Shown here: positions 52,427 to 64,000 of the stretch, piece after piece
How the letters are laid out: every line of letters begins with the position of its first letter
How positions within the stretch are numbered: position 1 is the stretch's first letter
Assembly: GCA_964016885.1 (NCBI GenBank)
Contig: OZ024747.1
Span: 12,152,001 to 12,216,000 of the forward strand
From: Eledone cirrhosa
Taxonomy: Eukaryota
Length of the DNA stretch: 64,000 nt
Reading direction: 5' to 3'
Program-made: the position numbers and the translations under genes
The notes under the pieces: generated by a model
Told to the model about the DNA's origin: nothing
Database searches by the model: none
Seen by the model: only the letters and a program-made list of their open reading frames with translations

Positions 52427-55400
52427 CTGGAATTAACGGTTGTAATGTAATATATAAAAATCAAGCAACAAAAGCTGATATATTATGTAATAAAATAAAA
52501 GATAAAATGTGAAAGACCTGGAACTCCAAACAACAATCTATGTCTACTATATGAAACCACATTAACATAACTTTCTTGAAAGTACAAAACAATACAATGA
52601 TTGAGTAATATTAACCTTTAGCATTTAAACCAGCCATATCCAGCCAGAATTCTCTCACCTCTTTCTGTTCAAACCAGTTGTAACCAGCTACTCATACTTA
52701 TGTTAAGGTATTGTTCTTAAAATAAATATCAAAATCTCATAGATTCCATATTATATGAGATAATCATAAGATAAAGCCTTTACCGGGAAAATACAATAGT
52801 AAATATAGTGTAATGTAAATGCCAAAGGGTTAAAGTCTTTACTCTAATACTGCAAATTTCACAAAGATCTGTTCACAAGTAAATATACTATAAACATTTT
52901 AATAAACAAACCTGTTTTCAGATATTTTATGCAAAATGTCAAGTGTAGATAGAATGCAGTCCTCTTACTTGCTAACAACATTTTTTAGTATTTGCTATAT
53001 TTACTTTAAGATCTCTTGATCTTAAGTTTCGCTTCCATGTGTAGAATTTCTACACTAATATGTGTATATGTATGTGTGCACTTATGGCCCTCAAGCCATT
53101 GGTAGAGCTTCACAGCATCAAACAGACAAAACATATATACACACATACACACATATATATATATGTGTGTGTATGTAGTAATAATTTGGGAAAGATATGC
53201 AAGGTGTGGAGCACTCAGTCCATGGGACGAGTTTTAATCATCATCATCATGACTTATACACTGTTCACTTTCCTGACATTTGTACATTATTCTATGAACT
53301 ATAGACAAGTTGTAGTGCACCTGAGCACTGTACACAATTTTATTATTATTTTTTTTAAAAAGCACCCAGCCCACCCAGTAAATGTGGTTGGTGAATTACC
53401 CGCGCGTTGCTGCGTTTCACACAATTTTTTTTTGTAAGAAAATGATGATTGATTTTAAATCAGTGATATAATTTAGGGAGAAAAACTCTGCATTTCAATA
53501 TTACTCAATGTAAAATGTAATGCATGAAAAATTGGAAAACATTAATTTTGTAATATATCAAATCAAAATTCCATTATCAAATCTTGTTCTTATTTTGTTT
53601 CTTGTAAATAATTTTTTTCTTTCAAAATATCAATTCAAAACTTGATCATTTCATTTTTGTGTAAAGCATTATTTTCAAATTAGAAATTCAAAGTTCCAAT
53701 ACTCAAGTTATGGGCTTCAACCCCCATTATGGTGTCTTAATATTATTGAAATTTGCTGAAATTTTGTGAATAGGCATCATCATCATCATCATCATCATTT
53801 CATTTTACGTCCACTTTTCCCTGCTTGCAAGGGTGGGACGGGAACCGATTCTGGCTTGATTTCTACAGCTGGATGCCCTTCCTAACACCAACCTCATTTA
53901 CAGTGAGTGCTGGGTGCTTTTTTGCCGTGGCACCTCCACGACCACTTTGCAGTGGAATGATATGGACCCCAGTCCCTATCATCTCATTTCTACAGCTGAG
54001 TAAACTGGAGCAATGTGAAATAAAGTGTCTTGCTCAAGGAAACAACACATCACCCAGTCTGAGAATTGAACTCACAACCTTTCGATTGCAAGGTCAATGC
54101 TCTAACCACTAAGCCATGTGCCATCATATCTTGTCATTTACCTATGGTTTAAATTTCATATAAATCGAAGGGGAAATTTTTTCAGCAGGGGTTTGTGCCC
54201 CTGGAGAACCCTTTGATTAAAATGAAATATACTTATCCAAGTACCCTGGGCAATGTAGTTTCAGAATATATATGGTTATGGGGGTCTACCTCCAAAACCA
54301 TCGGAGGAGTTCGTGAACAAACAAACAAACAAACAGGAACTACAACTTCATTAATATAATTTTGTACCCAATTCCGTGTAGTTAACTATTTGTCTCATCA
54401 ATTTCTACAGGCTAGGAGAAATACTAGGTGTCATATAGCTGTACATCGCGGAAAAGAATATATATCATTTATCTATTATTTCTTTATAAGGTGGATTGGC
54501 AGATTTGGGAGAGGGTCGGACGCCATGCTTTGCAGCAAAGAGTTATGCCCCTTTATGGTCTGAGTTCAAATCCCGCCGAGGTTAACTTTGCTTTTCATCC
54601 TTACGGGGTCGATAAAATAAAGCACCAGTAATACACTGGGATAATTGCTGGCCTTGTGCCAAATGTAGAAACAATTATTTCTTCATAAGTACATTTTAAA
54701 CTTATAGCCTCATCATCATCATCGTTTTACGTCCGTTCTTCCATGCTAGCATTGGTTAGACGTTTAAATGATTTTTTGTGTGGTTAATTTATACTGATTG
54801 GGAGAGGAAATACTGTATATATTTTATCTAATGATTCTTTGGACTTACATTTTCATATATATATATATATAATGTAATTTTTTTCCTTGTAAAAACAAGC
54901 TCTACTTATATGTAACTAGAGTTTATTTTCTACTTGATGTTTAAATGAATGTCTTTAGAAATAACTTCACATAAAACACACACACACACACATTATAATC
55001 TGTGGAAATGGTGCAACATATAATAAGTTTATTATTAAGAGATAAACATGAAGAGTAAACAGAAGGATAATGAAATTTGTCTGCTTCAATTATTTGAAAG
55101 TAAACCAGACTGAAACCAATTTAACTCAAACTGACAGACATCAGTGTTATTGAAGTTGTAAGAGTTAGAACTACCAATATGTATTGCATGAGTTGATGGA
55201 CCTACTCAACTGTACAAAGTCATTAATTCACGCATCTCTCTCTCTCTCTCATACCTGGCCCTCTATCTCTCTCTCTCTCTTACCCGACCACCAATCTCTC
55301 TCTCTCTCTCTCTCATACCTGACTACCAATCTCTCTATCTCTCTCATACCTGACTACCAATCTCTCTATCTCTCTCATACCTGACTACCAATCTCTCTAT

Positions 55401-57307
55401 CTCTCTCATACCTGACTACCAATCTCTCTATCTCTCTCATACCTGGCCCTCTATCTCTCTCTCTCTCATACCTGGCCCTCTATCTCTCTCTCACCCGACC
55501 ACCAATCTCCCTCTCTTTCACTTGGCTGGCTCTTTCTTACCTGTCCTTCCTCCTCTCACTTATCTCTACTCTATCTGTCTATCATCTTTCTCTCATGTCT
55601 TCCCCCTCCCTCTCTTTCACCTGGTTGAATCTCAGGTAGCTCTTTCTCACCTGGTCCTCCTCTCTCATACCTGGTCCTCCTCTCTCTCCTCTTCATCTAT
55701 CTCTCTTTCAACCCCTTTCTCCCTCTCTTCATCTACCACCCTTTCTCCTCTTCATCCACCCCTCCTCTGTCATTCATCTCTTCTCTCTCTTCATCAATCT
55801 CTCATCTGCCCCTCCTTGAACCACCTCCCTTTCTTCACCCCCACTCCCCTCTCTAGCCATCAGGCGAAACTAATACTGACAAAACTATTCTGAAAACTAT
55901 GGAAACTGATACTTAACTCAGAAAATCAGTCAAGTGGAGAGAAAATACCAAATCTTATTGATTTCTTTTATTTTCTATAGATAATTGGGATGATATATTG
56001 ATTTCTCCTGATGAACATATAAGGTCAATTTAATTTTGTCTTGAAATGGAGACAGTCAATACACCAGAGTATTACTGGTATTTTCTTTTATTGATAGTCC
56101 ATAGTCCTTCTTTTCAACTCTTATCACTCTTAAAGATTTAGTCTAGTGACAGTCTCTAACAATTCCTTTAACTCTTAACATCCTGTAATATTTTGCAGAA
56201 AATGTTTTAAAATGGCTTTGTTAATTCAAATAGTCATAGTATCTTTACTACTGGAGAAATGATTGTGAAAGTTTTCCACAAATTTTCAGTATTAGAATAA
56301 AGACTAATTATTAATTGTTTCTACTTTTGGCACAAGGCCAGCAATTATCCCAGTGTATTACTGGTACTTTATTTTATCGACCTCGTAAAGATGAAAAGGC
56401 AAAGTTAACCTCGACGGAATTTGAACTCAGATCATAAAGGGCCGTAACTCTTTGCGGCAAAGCATGGCATCCGGCTCTCTACCGATACTGCCAATCCACC
56501 GCCCTATTGCAGATTGGGAGACTAATTATAATGCGAGGCAGTCATAGTGCTTTTCAAAATTACCTTACTAATGCAGTTTTATGTAGTATAGGACCTTAAG
56601 TGTAAAGGAAGTTTAGTGTCTAACCATTCCTGTCAACCATAATTTTCTTTTCTTTTTTTTTTTTTTTTTTTTTTTTTTGCTTTCTATAATTTTGGCATTG
56701 TTTTACTAGCTGGATACCTTTCCTAGTACCAACTACTTTACAGGACTGAATGCAGTTTTTATCATGCCACCAGCACTAGAGTTTGTCTCACAAGACTAAA
56801 GTGCTCTTGTTACACTGTGTTATTTTTATTCACTTCAATAGGTTGATTTTTCAATGGTGTAGAGTCAACAACACTGCACAGATTTTATTTAGTTACTACT
56901 CTTCTAGATTGGTTGTCTTCCCTATGAATAAATAGGTGAAGGAAAGAAAAGGACCCCCTTCATTTATTACTGGCCAAGAGTTCTATGTCCATGACTGACT
57001 GACTTTGCTTGGACAAGTTGTTTTGTGGAAGACTAGCACAGTCACCTATGCATGTAAGTCTCACCGCACCATGTTGTCTAAAAAAAAGACAAAGCCTGAT
57101 ACAGCTTGGTACCAGAGACATCACAGCTCATCTTTTCCATTTGAGTGGACTAGGGCAATGTGAAATAAAGGGTCTTGCTGAAGGACATAATGCATTACTC
57201 AAACCTAGAATCAAACTCACAACTTACAATTATACAACTGTGAGTCTAGCAGCCTTACCACTCAGCCACAAGCCTTCACATATAAATAAATAAATAACAA
57301 CTATTAC

Positions 57308-57587
57308 CGGAATCTGATCCTCCTCCTTCATTACGGAACTCCTGTAAACGTTTTTCCACTTTCTGTTGCCGCCGTCGTCGCATAACGGCTTCGGGGTTGG
57401 AAATACTCCGAGTGAAGCTATTTTCTGGTACATCTGTGTAGAGTTTCTCTGCAATCGTCGTATCTTTCTCCAAATTCTCTTTGTTCCTTAACCTCTCCTT
57501 CTCTCTCTTCTTTTTCTCTTTTTTCTCCCGTTTTGATAGCTTTCTTTTGAACCCTCCAATATCCCTTTCAATCTCAAAAAACTCGTC
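57308..57587 (-). CDS. AFDN: Afadin exon, RA1-RA2 linker (basic/coiled-coil region)
   Basis: tttcag|GACGAG...GATTCCG|gtaata; 280 nt, phase 0 to 1; FKRKLSKREKKEKKKREKE...AEKLYTDVPENSFTRSISNPEAVMRRRRQQKVEKRLQEFR is a hallmark afadin sequence. Confidence 0.96.
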
Positions 57588-59370
57588 CTGAAATAAATAC
57601 AGAAGTAGATACATGTTATGTTAACCTTTTTGTTATTGTATTTCTCATGAAAACATGAAATTTACATCTCACACCTATATAAGATTAGCTAGTCCCCTAT
57701 GATGTATCTCATAGGAGGTTTCTCAAGTGTCCTATCATGAAAAGTAACATGAAATAAAGTGTCTTGCTCAAGAATACAATGTGCTGCCTGGTTCAAGAAT
57801 CAAACCCACAACTTTATTAACATGAGCCCAATACTCTAACCATTCAACTGAGTCTTTACTATTTTATATTTCTGGTGAAAGATACTTCTTTTGATTTTTA
57901 AACAATTTTGAAAATAATCAATAATTTAGGGATTTAGAAATATAATTTTCTCATTATTATTAAGCTGGTGTTTGGAGCATAACTTAAAGATTCATAAATA
58001 AAATTATGATGGAAGGTTTTCAGATAAATAGAAACACTTTAAAATAAACAGCTTTTTGTTGTAGAACCTGGGTAAGTTTCAGGCAATTTAGTATCAAATT
58101 CTTTCTATCAGCTTGAAAATAGAAAACTGAGATGCAAGAAATGAAATATCTCTAGTTAGTTGACCTGTTTTACTAGCAACAGTTGTGAAATCTCAACTAA
58201 ATAACTACCTATTGTTATTTTACAATGCAGACAGAATAAGAGACAAGGTGGGAGAGAGGGACACATTATATATTGTAAATCTAAGGATATCATGTTTCAC
58301 AATGAAGTTAGCATTTCTACAGTGTTTATAGTGAACTAGAAATACCAATAACAATGAAGAAGCCTCTATGCAGTTGCTTCATATGCTAGATACAGCATTC
58401 ATATGCTAGATACAGCAGCCTAACCCTCATCAAACTACAGCTTATCACCTTAAAAATGAAAGGACCCCAATGTTTAATGTAGTCTTAGATAGAGACTGCA
58501 AAAAAAAAGAAAAAAGAAAAATGCAATGATCCTAACAAAAATGCTTGTCTTAACAACAACAGTAACAACAACAATTGCACCTTACCAACTAAAAGTGTAG
58601 AGAACATTGACTAATATAGTCCCTGATACATATTTAACGAAAAGATGGGATGGTCACAATAGGAATACCTCTTTGTTTGACCATGCCTCACCTGGGTCTA
58701 AACAACAACAACATGCTGAAGTTTCTTTCAGAAAATTTTGTTATTTTCTTCACTTTGTCAAGTGAAGGACTTTAACCTTTTAACCTTTTAACATTTACAT
58801 TACAGATATATACTATTGTATTTTCACAGTAAAGGCTTTATCTCTCATAGTATATCACATAATATCAAATCTATGAGATTTTGACATTATTTATTTTGAG
58901 AGCGGTGAATTGGCAGTATCGGGAGAGGGTTGGACGCCATGCTTTCTAGCATAGTTACGTCCCTTTACGGTTTGAGTTCAAATCCCGGTGAGGTTAACTT
59001 TGCCTTTCATCCTTACGGGGTCGATAAAAATAAAGTACCAGTAATGTACTGGGTAATTGCTAGCCCTGTGCCTAAAGTAGAAACAATTATTTATTTTGAG
59101 AACTATACTTTAACATCTGTATGAGTGGCTAGTTAAAGCCAGTTTGAACAGAAAGAAGTGAGAGAATTCTGGCCAGATACAGCTGGTTTAAATGCTAAAG
59201 GGTTAACCCTTTCATTGCCATATTTCAAATGAAAGATGCTATCTATGATTAATTTGTATATAATTTTGAAAATAAGAATTTGGAAGGATTTAGTAAAGTA
59301 TAACTTTTACATTATTAAGCTGGTATGGACGTTAAACAATGATGATGATGATAATGTGTTTGGAACATAA

Positions 59371-59693
59371 TGTTTCCGAAAGTCATGGGAAACAGCACCC
59401 ATGACTTTCGGAAACATTTTTTCACGCTCAGAGTTGCTGAAGCATGGAACAAACTACCTGCATCAGTTGTTAGCTGCCGAGACACTGCATCCTTTAAAAC
59501 CTACATGCTTCCTGAGATTCATCAACACTACACCTAATATTCCCCCTCCATACACACGCACACATGTATATCACGACTCATACACTATTCACGTCCCTGA
59601 CATTTGTATATTATTCTATGTACTATACATGCACCTTTGATGAGTTGTAGTGCACTTGAGCACTGTACACAATTTCATTATTATTATTATTAT
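59371..59693 (+). mobile_element. 5'-truncated CR1-like LINE with a 5' inversion hairpin, nested in a MITE
   Basis: From 59400 reads HDFRKHFFTLRVAEAWNKLPASVVSCRDTASFKTYMLPEIHQHYT* (CR1 ORF2 C-terminal motif); (ATT)n tail; perfect 19-bp hairpin at the 5' end. Confidence 0.8.
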
Positions 59694-60737
59694 ATAAAGA
59701 TTTTTACATAAAATTGTGGTGGGAGATTTTTAGAAAACTATAAACACTTTACAATAAACATGTTATCAGATAAATGAGAGATGGTTACAGGTAGTTTAGT
59801 ATCAAAGGGGTTAACCCTTTAGCATTTAAACCAGCCATATCCGGCCAGAATTTTCTCACTTCTTTCTGTTCAAACCGATCATAACCAGCTACTCATACTG
59901 ATATTCATGTATTGTTCTCAAAATAAATAATATCAAAATCTCAGATTCGATATCATGTGAGATAATTATGTGAGATAAAGTGTTTACCGTGAAAATACAA
60001 TAGTATATATAGAGTAATGTAAATGCTAAAGGGTTAAGCTGGTATGGATGTTAAACAATGATGATGATGATGATGATAATGTGTTTGGAACAAAGATTTT
60101 TACATAAAATTGTGGGAGGTTTTTATAGAAATATAAACACACTACAATAAAAACATCAGATAAATGAGATATGGTTACAGGAAGTTTAGTATCAAAGGGG
60201 TTAAAGAATAATACACCATTTAAAGTTTTATATTGAAAACAATTATAAATGAATACAATAAATGTTAAGTGTTGGACTTGAAAGATAAGAACAGAAGATC
60301 TAAATAGAATAATTACAAAAGAAAAGAATAGATACCACAATGTCAGTGCATCACCTTTACACATGTACTCTTTGTAAGCAGGATACACTGGGGCCAGTTA
60401 CAGTTAATATCTTCATTACCACCAACACCATTAGACAAGCAGACCGATAGAGTGATATATGTACACCAGCCCTTCTTCAGGTTTTGAGGAGAGGGACTCT
60501 TTACATTGGTAGGATGACACCAGCCCTTCTTCAGGTTTTGAGGGAGTGGGACTCTTTACATTGGTAGGATGACACCAGCCCTTCTTCAGGTTTTGAAGGA
60601 GTGGGAGTCTTTACATTGGTAGGATGACACCAGCCCTTCTTCAGGTTTTGAAGGAGTGGGACTCTTTACTTAGGTAGGATGTTTAGGATATATTGAAGGC
60701 AATTAGTTAACATCTACCTCATTACCACCAACACCAT

Positions 60738-60802
<65 letters not shown>

Positions 60803-61364
60803 ATACAGCTAGCCCACCACTCCAGGTTTCAAGTTTTTATTCAGGTATATAAAGTGTTACACTTCATCCATGCCAACCAACTAAACAGGCAATACATTAT
60901 ATAAACAACTGTTAAATTTGAAATTGATGGCATGTCAAAATACACCAATGTCCTGGTTACAGTCACAGTAACAATAGTAGGTGCTGAGAGAAGGAGAAGA
61001 GAAGCTAAGGAAGAGACTGTCATAACATAAGAGACAGACAGGTGAGGCAAGGTAAGGTAAGGTGAGGTGAGGTGAGGACATCTGTGTGCTTAACACTGAA
61101 ACCAATGAATTAAATAACTAACTGAAAACAACCGAGATAGTTGTGTGAAAAATGTTAGGAAATCAAAGCATATGCTGTATAACCCATGCATGTTATGAAT
61201 GTACATACGTACGTCCGCATGTATGTATGTATGCATATATATATATATATACGTTACTAGTTAAGAGCAGTAAGATCATTGTTCAGCTTAGTACTCAATA
61301 CTTAAGATAGTGTAGGTATTACAATGATTTACTGCCTTATGGCTGAACTCTTACCATTTCAACA

Positions 61365-61886
61365 TATATATCATATCATATATATATATATATCATATAT
61401 ATAATATATAGATATATCATATATATAATATATAGATATATCATATATATAATATATATATATATCATATATATAATATATATATATATCATATATATAA
61501 TATATAGATATATCATATATATAATATATAGATATATCATATATATAATATATATATATATCATATATATAATATATATATATATCATATATATAATATA
61601 TAGATATATCATATATATAATATATATATATATCATATATATAATATATATATATATATAATATATATAATATATATAATATATATAATATATATAATAT
61701 ATATAATATATATATATATATAATATATATAATATATATAATATATATAATATATATATATATATAATATATATAATATATATCATATATATAATATATA
61801 TATATATATCATATATATAATATATATCATATATATAATATATATATATATATATCATATATATAATATATATATATATCATATAT
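61365..61886. repeat. AT-rich (TA)n-derived compound satellite
   Basis: atatatataatatatagatatatc variants repeated over ~520 bp. Confidence 0.95.
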
Positions 61887-62073
61887 GAATATAATGAAGC
61901 AATGGAATGGAAAGACCACTTGAAACATTATTTCTTTGGTCCAATCTGATGGTCAGCTCCTTTCCTTTTTGCTAACAATCTGCCTGATATTGTACCTGGT
62001 ATTCATGATACAAAAATGTTGTGAAAACATTTAATTAAAAAATAAAAATAGATCAAATATGGCCGACACTTAC

Positions 62074-62186
62074 CTTTGCTGTTATCGCATTTTCACATTT
62101 CAGTAAGAACCGGCCATCTCTCATGTCAGTACCCCAGTTCAGTTGAATCACAAGAGGCAACTCATTCTCTGTTAGTTTCCTTTCAT
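62074..62186 (-). CDS. AFDN: Afadin exon, C-terminal part of Ras-association domain RA1
   Basis: ttttccag|ATGAAAGG...GCAAAG|gtaagt; 113 nt, phase 1 to 0; reads ERKLTENELPLVIQLNWGTDMRDGRFLLKCENAITAK, matching the afadin/canoe RA1 motif E.PLVVQLNW..D.REGRF.LK.EN. Confidence 0.93.
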
Positions 62187-64000
62187 CTGGAAAATTAAAA
62201 GAAAAAAAAATACAAAATTTATTTTGAAGAAAGTAAAATAAATCAATATAATAAAAAGGAGCTAACTGTCAGACTGAATCAAGGAAACAATGTTTCCATT
62301 GATCTTTCTATTGCTGATATCGTCTGTCATTTGCAACTCCTGGTAGAAGCAGCACCGTTTTTCTGTTCACAGGAGGTGAGATTTGAACCCAATGTACAGA
62401 ACTATAACAGATACAACAAAACATCCCATCCTGACTCTCTAACAATTCCAACAATCCTTAGCCCGATCCATGCAAATATTAAAAGCAAAGTTGACTTCAA
62501 CAGGATTTGAACTCAAATCACAGAGAGCTGAAACAAATACTAAGACATTTAAACCAATATTCTAACAACTTTGCCAATTTGCAACATATCATTTATCATC
62601 TGTTTTTCCCTGCAAGCAAGGGTTGGACAAATAGCAGGGAAAACAAACAGTAACCCGTTAGCATTTATATTACTCTCTATATATATATCATCATCATCAT
62701 CATTTCATTTCACGTCCGCTTTTTCCCTGCTTGCAAAGGGTGGGATGGAAACTTATTCTGGCTTGATTTCTACGGCTGGATGCCCTTCCTAACACCAACC
62801 TCATTACCAGTGAGTGCTGGGTGCTTTTTTGCCGTGGCACCTCCACGACCACTTTGCATTTCTACAGCTGAGTAAATTGGAGCAATGTGAAATAAAGTGT
62901 CTTGCTCAAGGAAACAACACATCACCCTGTCTGAGAATTGAACTCACAACCTTTCGATTGCAAGTATGTATGCATATATATAGTATGTATATATATATAT
63001 TTATATACATACTATTGTGTTTTTGTGGTAAAGGCTTTATCTTACATAATTATCTCACATAATATCGAATCTACAAGATTTTGATGTTATTTATTTTGAG
63101 AACAATACCTTAACATCAGTATGAGCAGCCAGTTATGGCCAGTTTGAACAGAAATAGATGAGAGAAATCTGGATGGATATGGCTGGTTTAAATGCTAAAG
63201 GGTTAATAACTGCATTGTTTCTTTCCAGAGCCATGTTGGAAAATAAACCTCATTTAGTCATTTCATGAGAGTATCTTGGTCAGCCTATGAACTTTTCAGT
63301 CGAGGTAAGAAAGAGGTGAGATAATTCTGGCCAGATACGGTCAGTTTAAATGCTGAACGGTTAAATGATGATATGTGAAAACTAGCAAAACTGTTAAAGC
63401 ATCAGATTAAATTAGTGTTCATTGCAGCTCTCTCTGCTCTGAGTTCAAATCTTGCTGAGGTCAATAATAATGGAAAGTTGAATTAAGCAACCTTCACTTA
63501 ATTCTAGAGTTTCTACATTTATATTTCCTGCCCAGCTCAACTTCTCTAGAACCATTTCTCTATAGACTTCATTTTCTCAACAGTAATTTCATCTGAATAC
63601 TTAAACTAAATTAAGTAATCTCTTTGCAGTCATCAAATATGCTGGAAATAGAAGACAAATCTCCTTCAAATCCTATCCCACAATTGTAAAGAAGGCAGAA
63701 CACCTTCAATAATGTGGTCCTAAATGAACTATGCCTAAAAGAATATATATAAAGACATATATAAACATAAACACAGGGTGTAAATATCAGCAAAAAAAAA
63801 AAAAATCCAGTGTTTACAAAGTCGTTTGAGATATTTTTTCTATACCGAGTTAAAAATACTTGTCACTTCCCCACAGTCAGAAATATGATGAACCAGTGAT
63901 TGATTGGTTTATTGGAAACCTATAACCAATTACAAATGGGTATCTGTTTTTATATTTTATATCAGTCTATATTTGCTCTAACATATAGCAGTAATAGTAG

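Noticed and set aside
58586-58588. Possible 3-nt microexon ttttag|TTG|gtaagg
   Set aside because: It lies in what appears to be degenerate interspersed-repeat sequence, and such a short match is likely by chance.
62187-64000. Upstream RA1 exon or promoter of afadin
   Set aside because: No frame matching the RA1 N-terminal part was found; the gene start lies beyond the window.

Overview
This is AT-rich, microsatellite-rich eukaryotic genomic DNA. The repeat complement (Meta-domain tRNA SINEs, RTE/CR1/R4-like LINE remnants, TTAA MITEs) suggests a coleoid cephalopod, probably Octopus; that assignment is inference. The whole window lies inside one minus-strand gene, afadin (AFDN/AF-6/canoe). Fourteen GT-AG exons read by hand join in one continuous frame: end of RA1, linker, RA2, FHA, DIL, and the first strands of the PDZ domain. 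Both gene ends lie outside the window. The most interesting signals are three. (1) A 30-nt, frame-preserving exon-like cassette sits in the intron that splits the PDZ domain, present as two nearly identical copies (1966-1995, 11753-11782) inside an older, otherwise diverged tandem duplication. (2) Three symmetric phase-1 candidate microexons (24, 30/27, 33 nt) lie in the intron that interrupts RA2. (3) Microsatellite-embedded fold-back elements carry partial hammerhead-ribozyme-like cores resembling Penelope-like element ends. The long ORFs in the supplied track are repeat artefacts. All microexon calls rest on splice signals and frame only and need RNA-seq.
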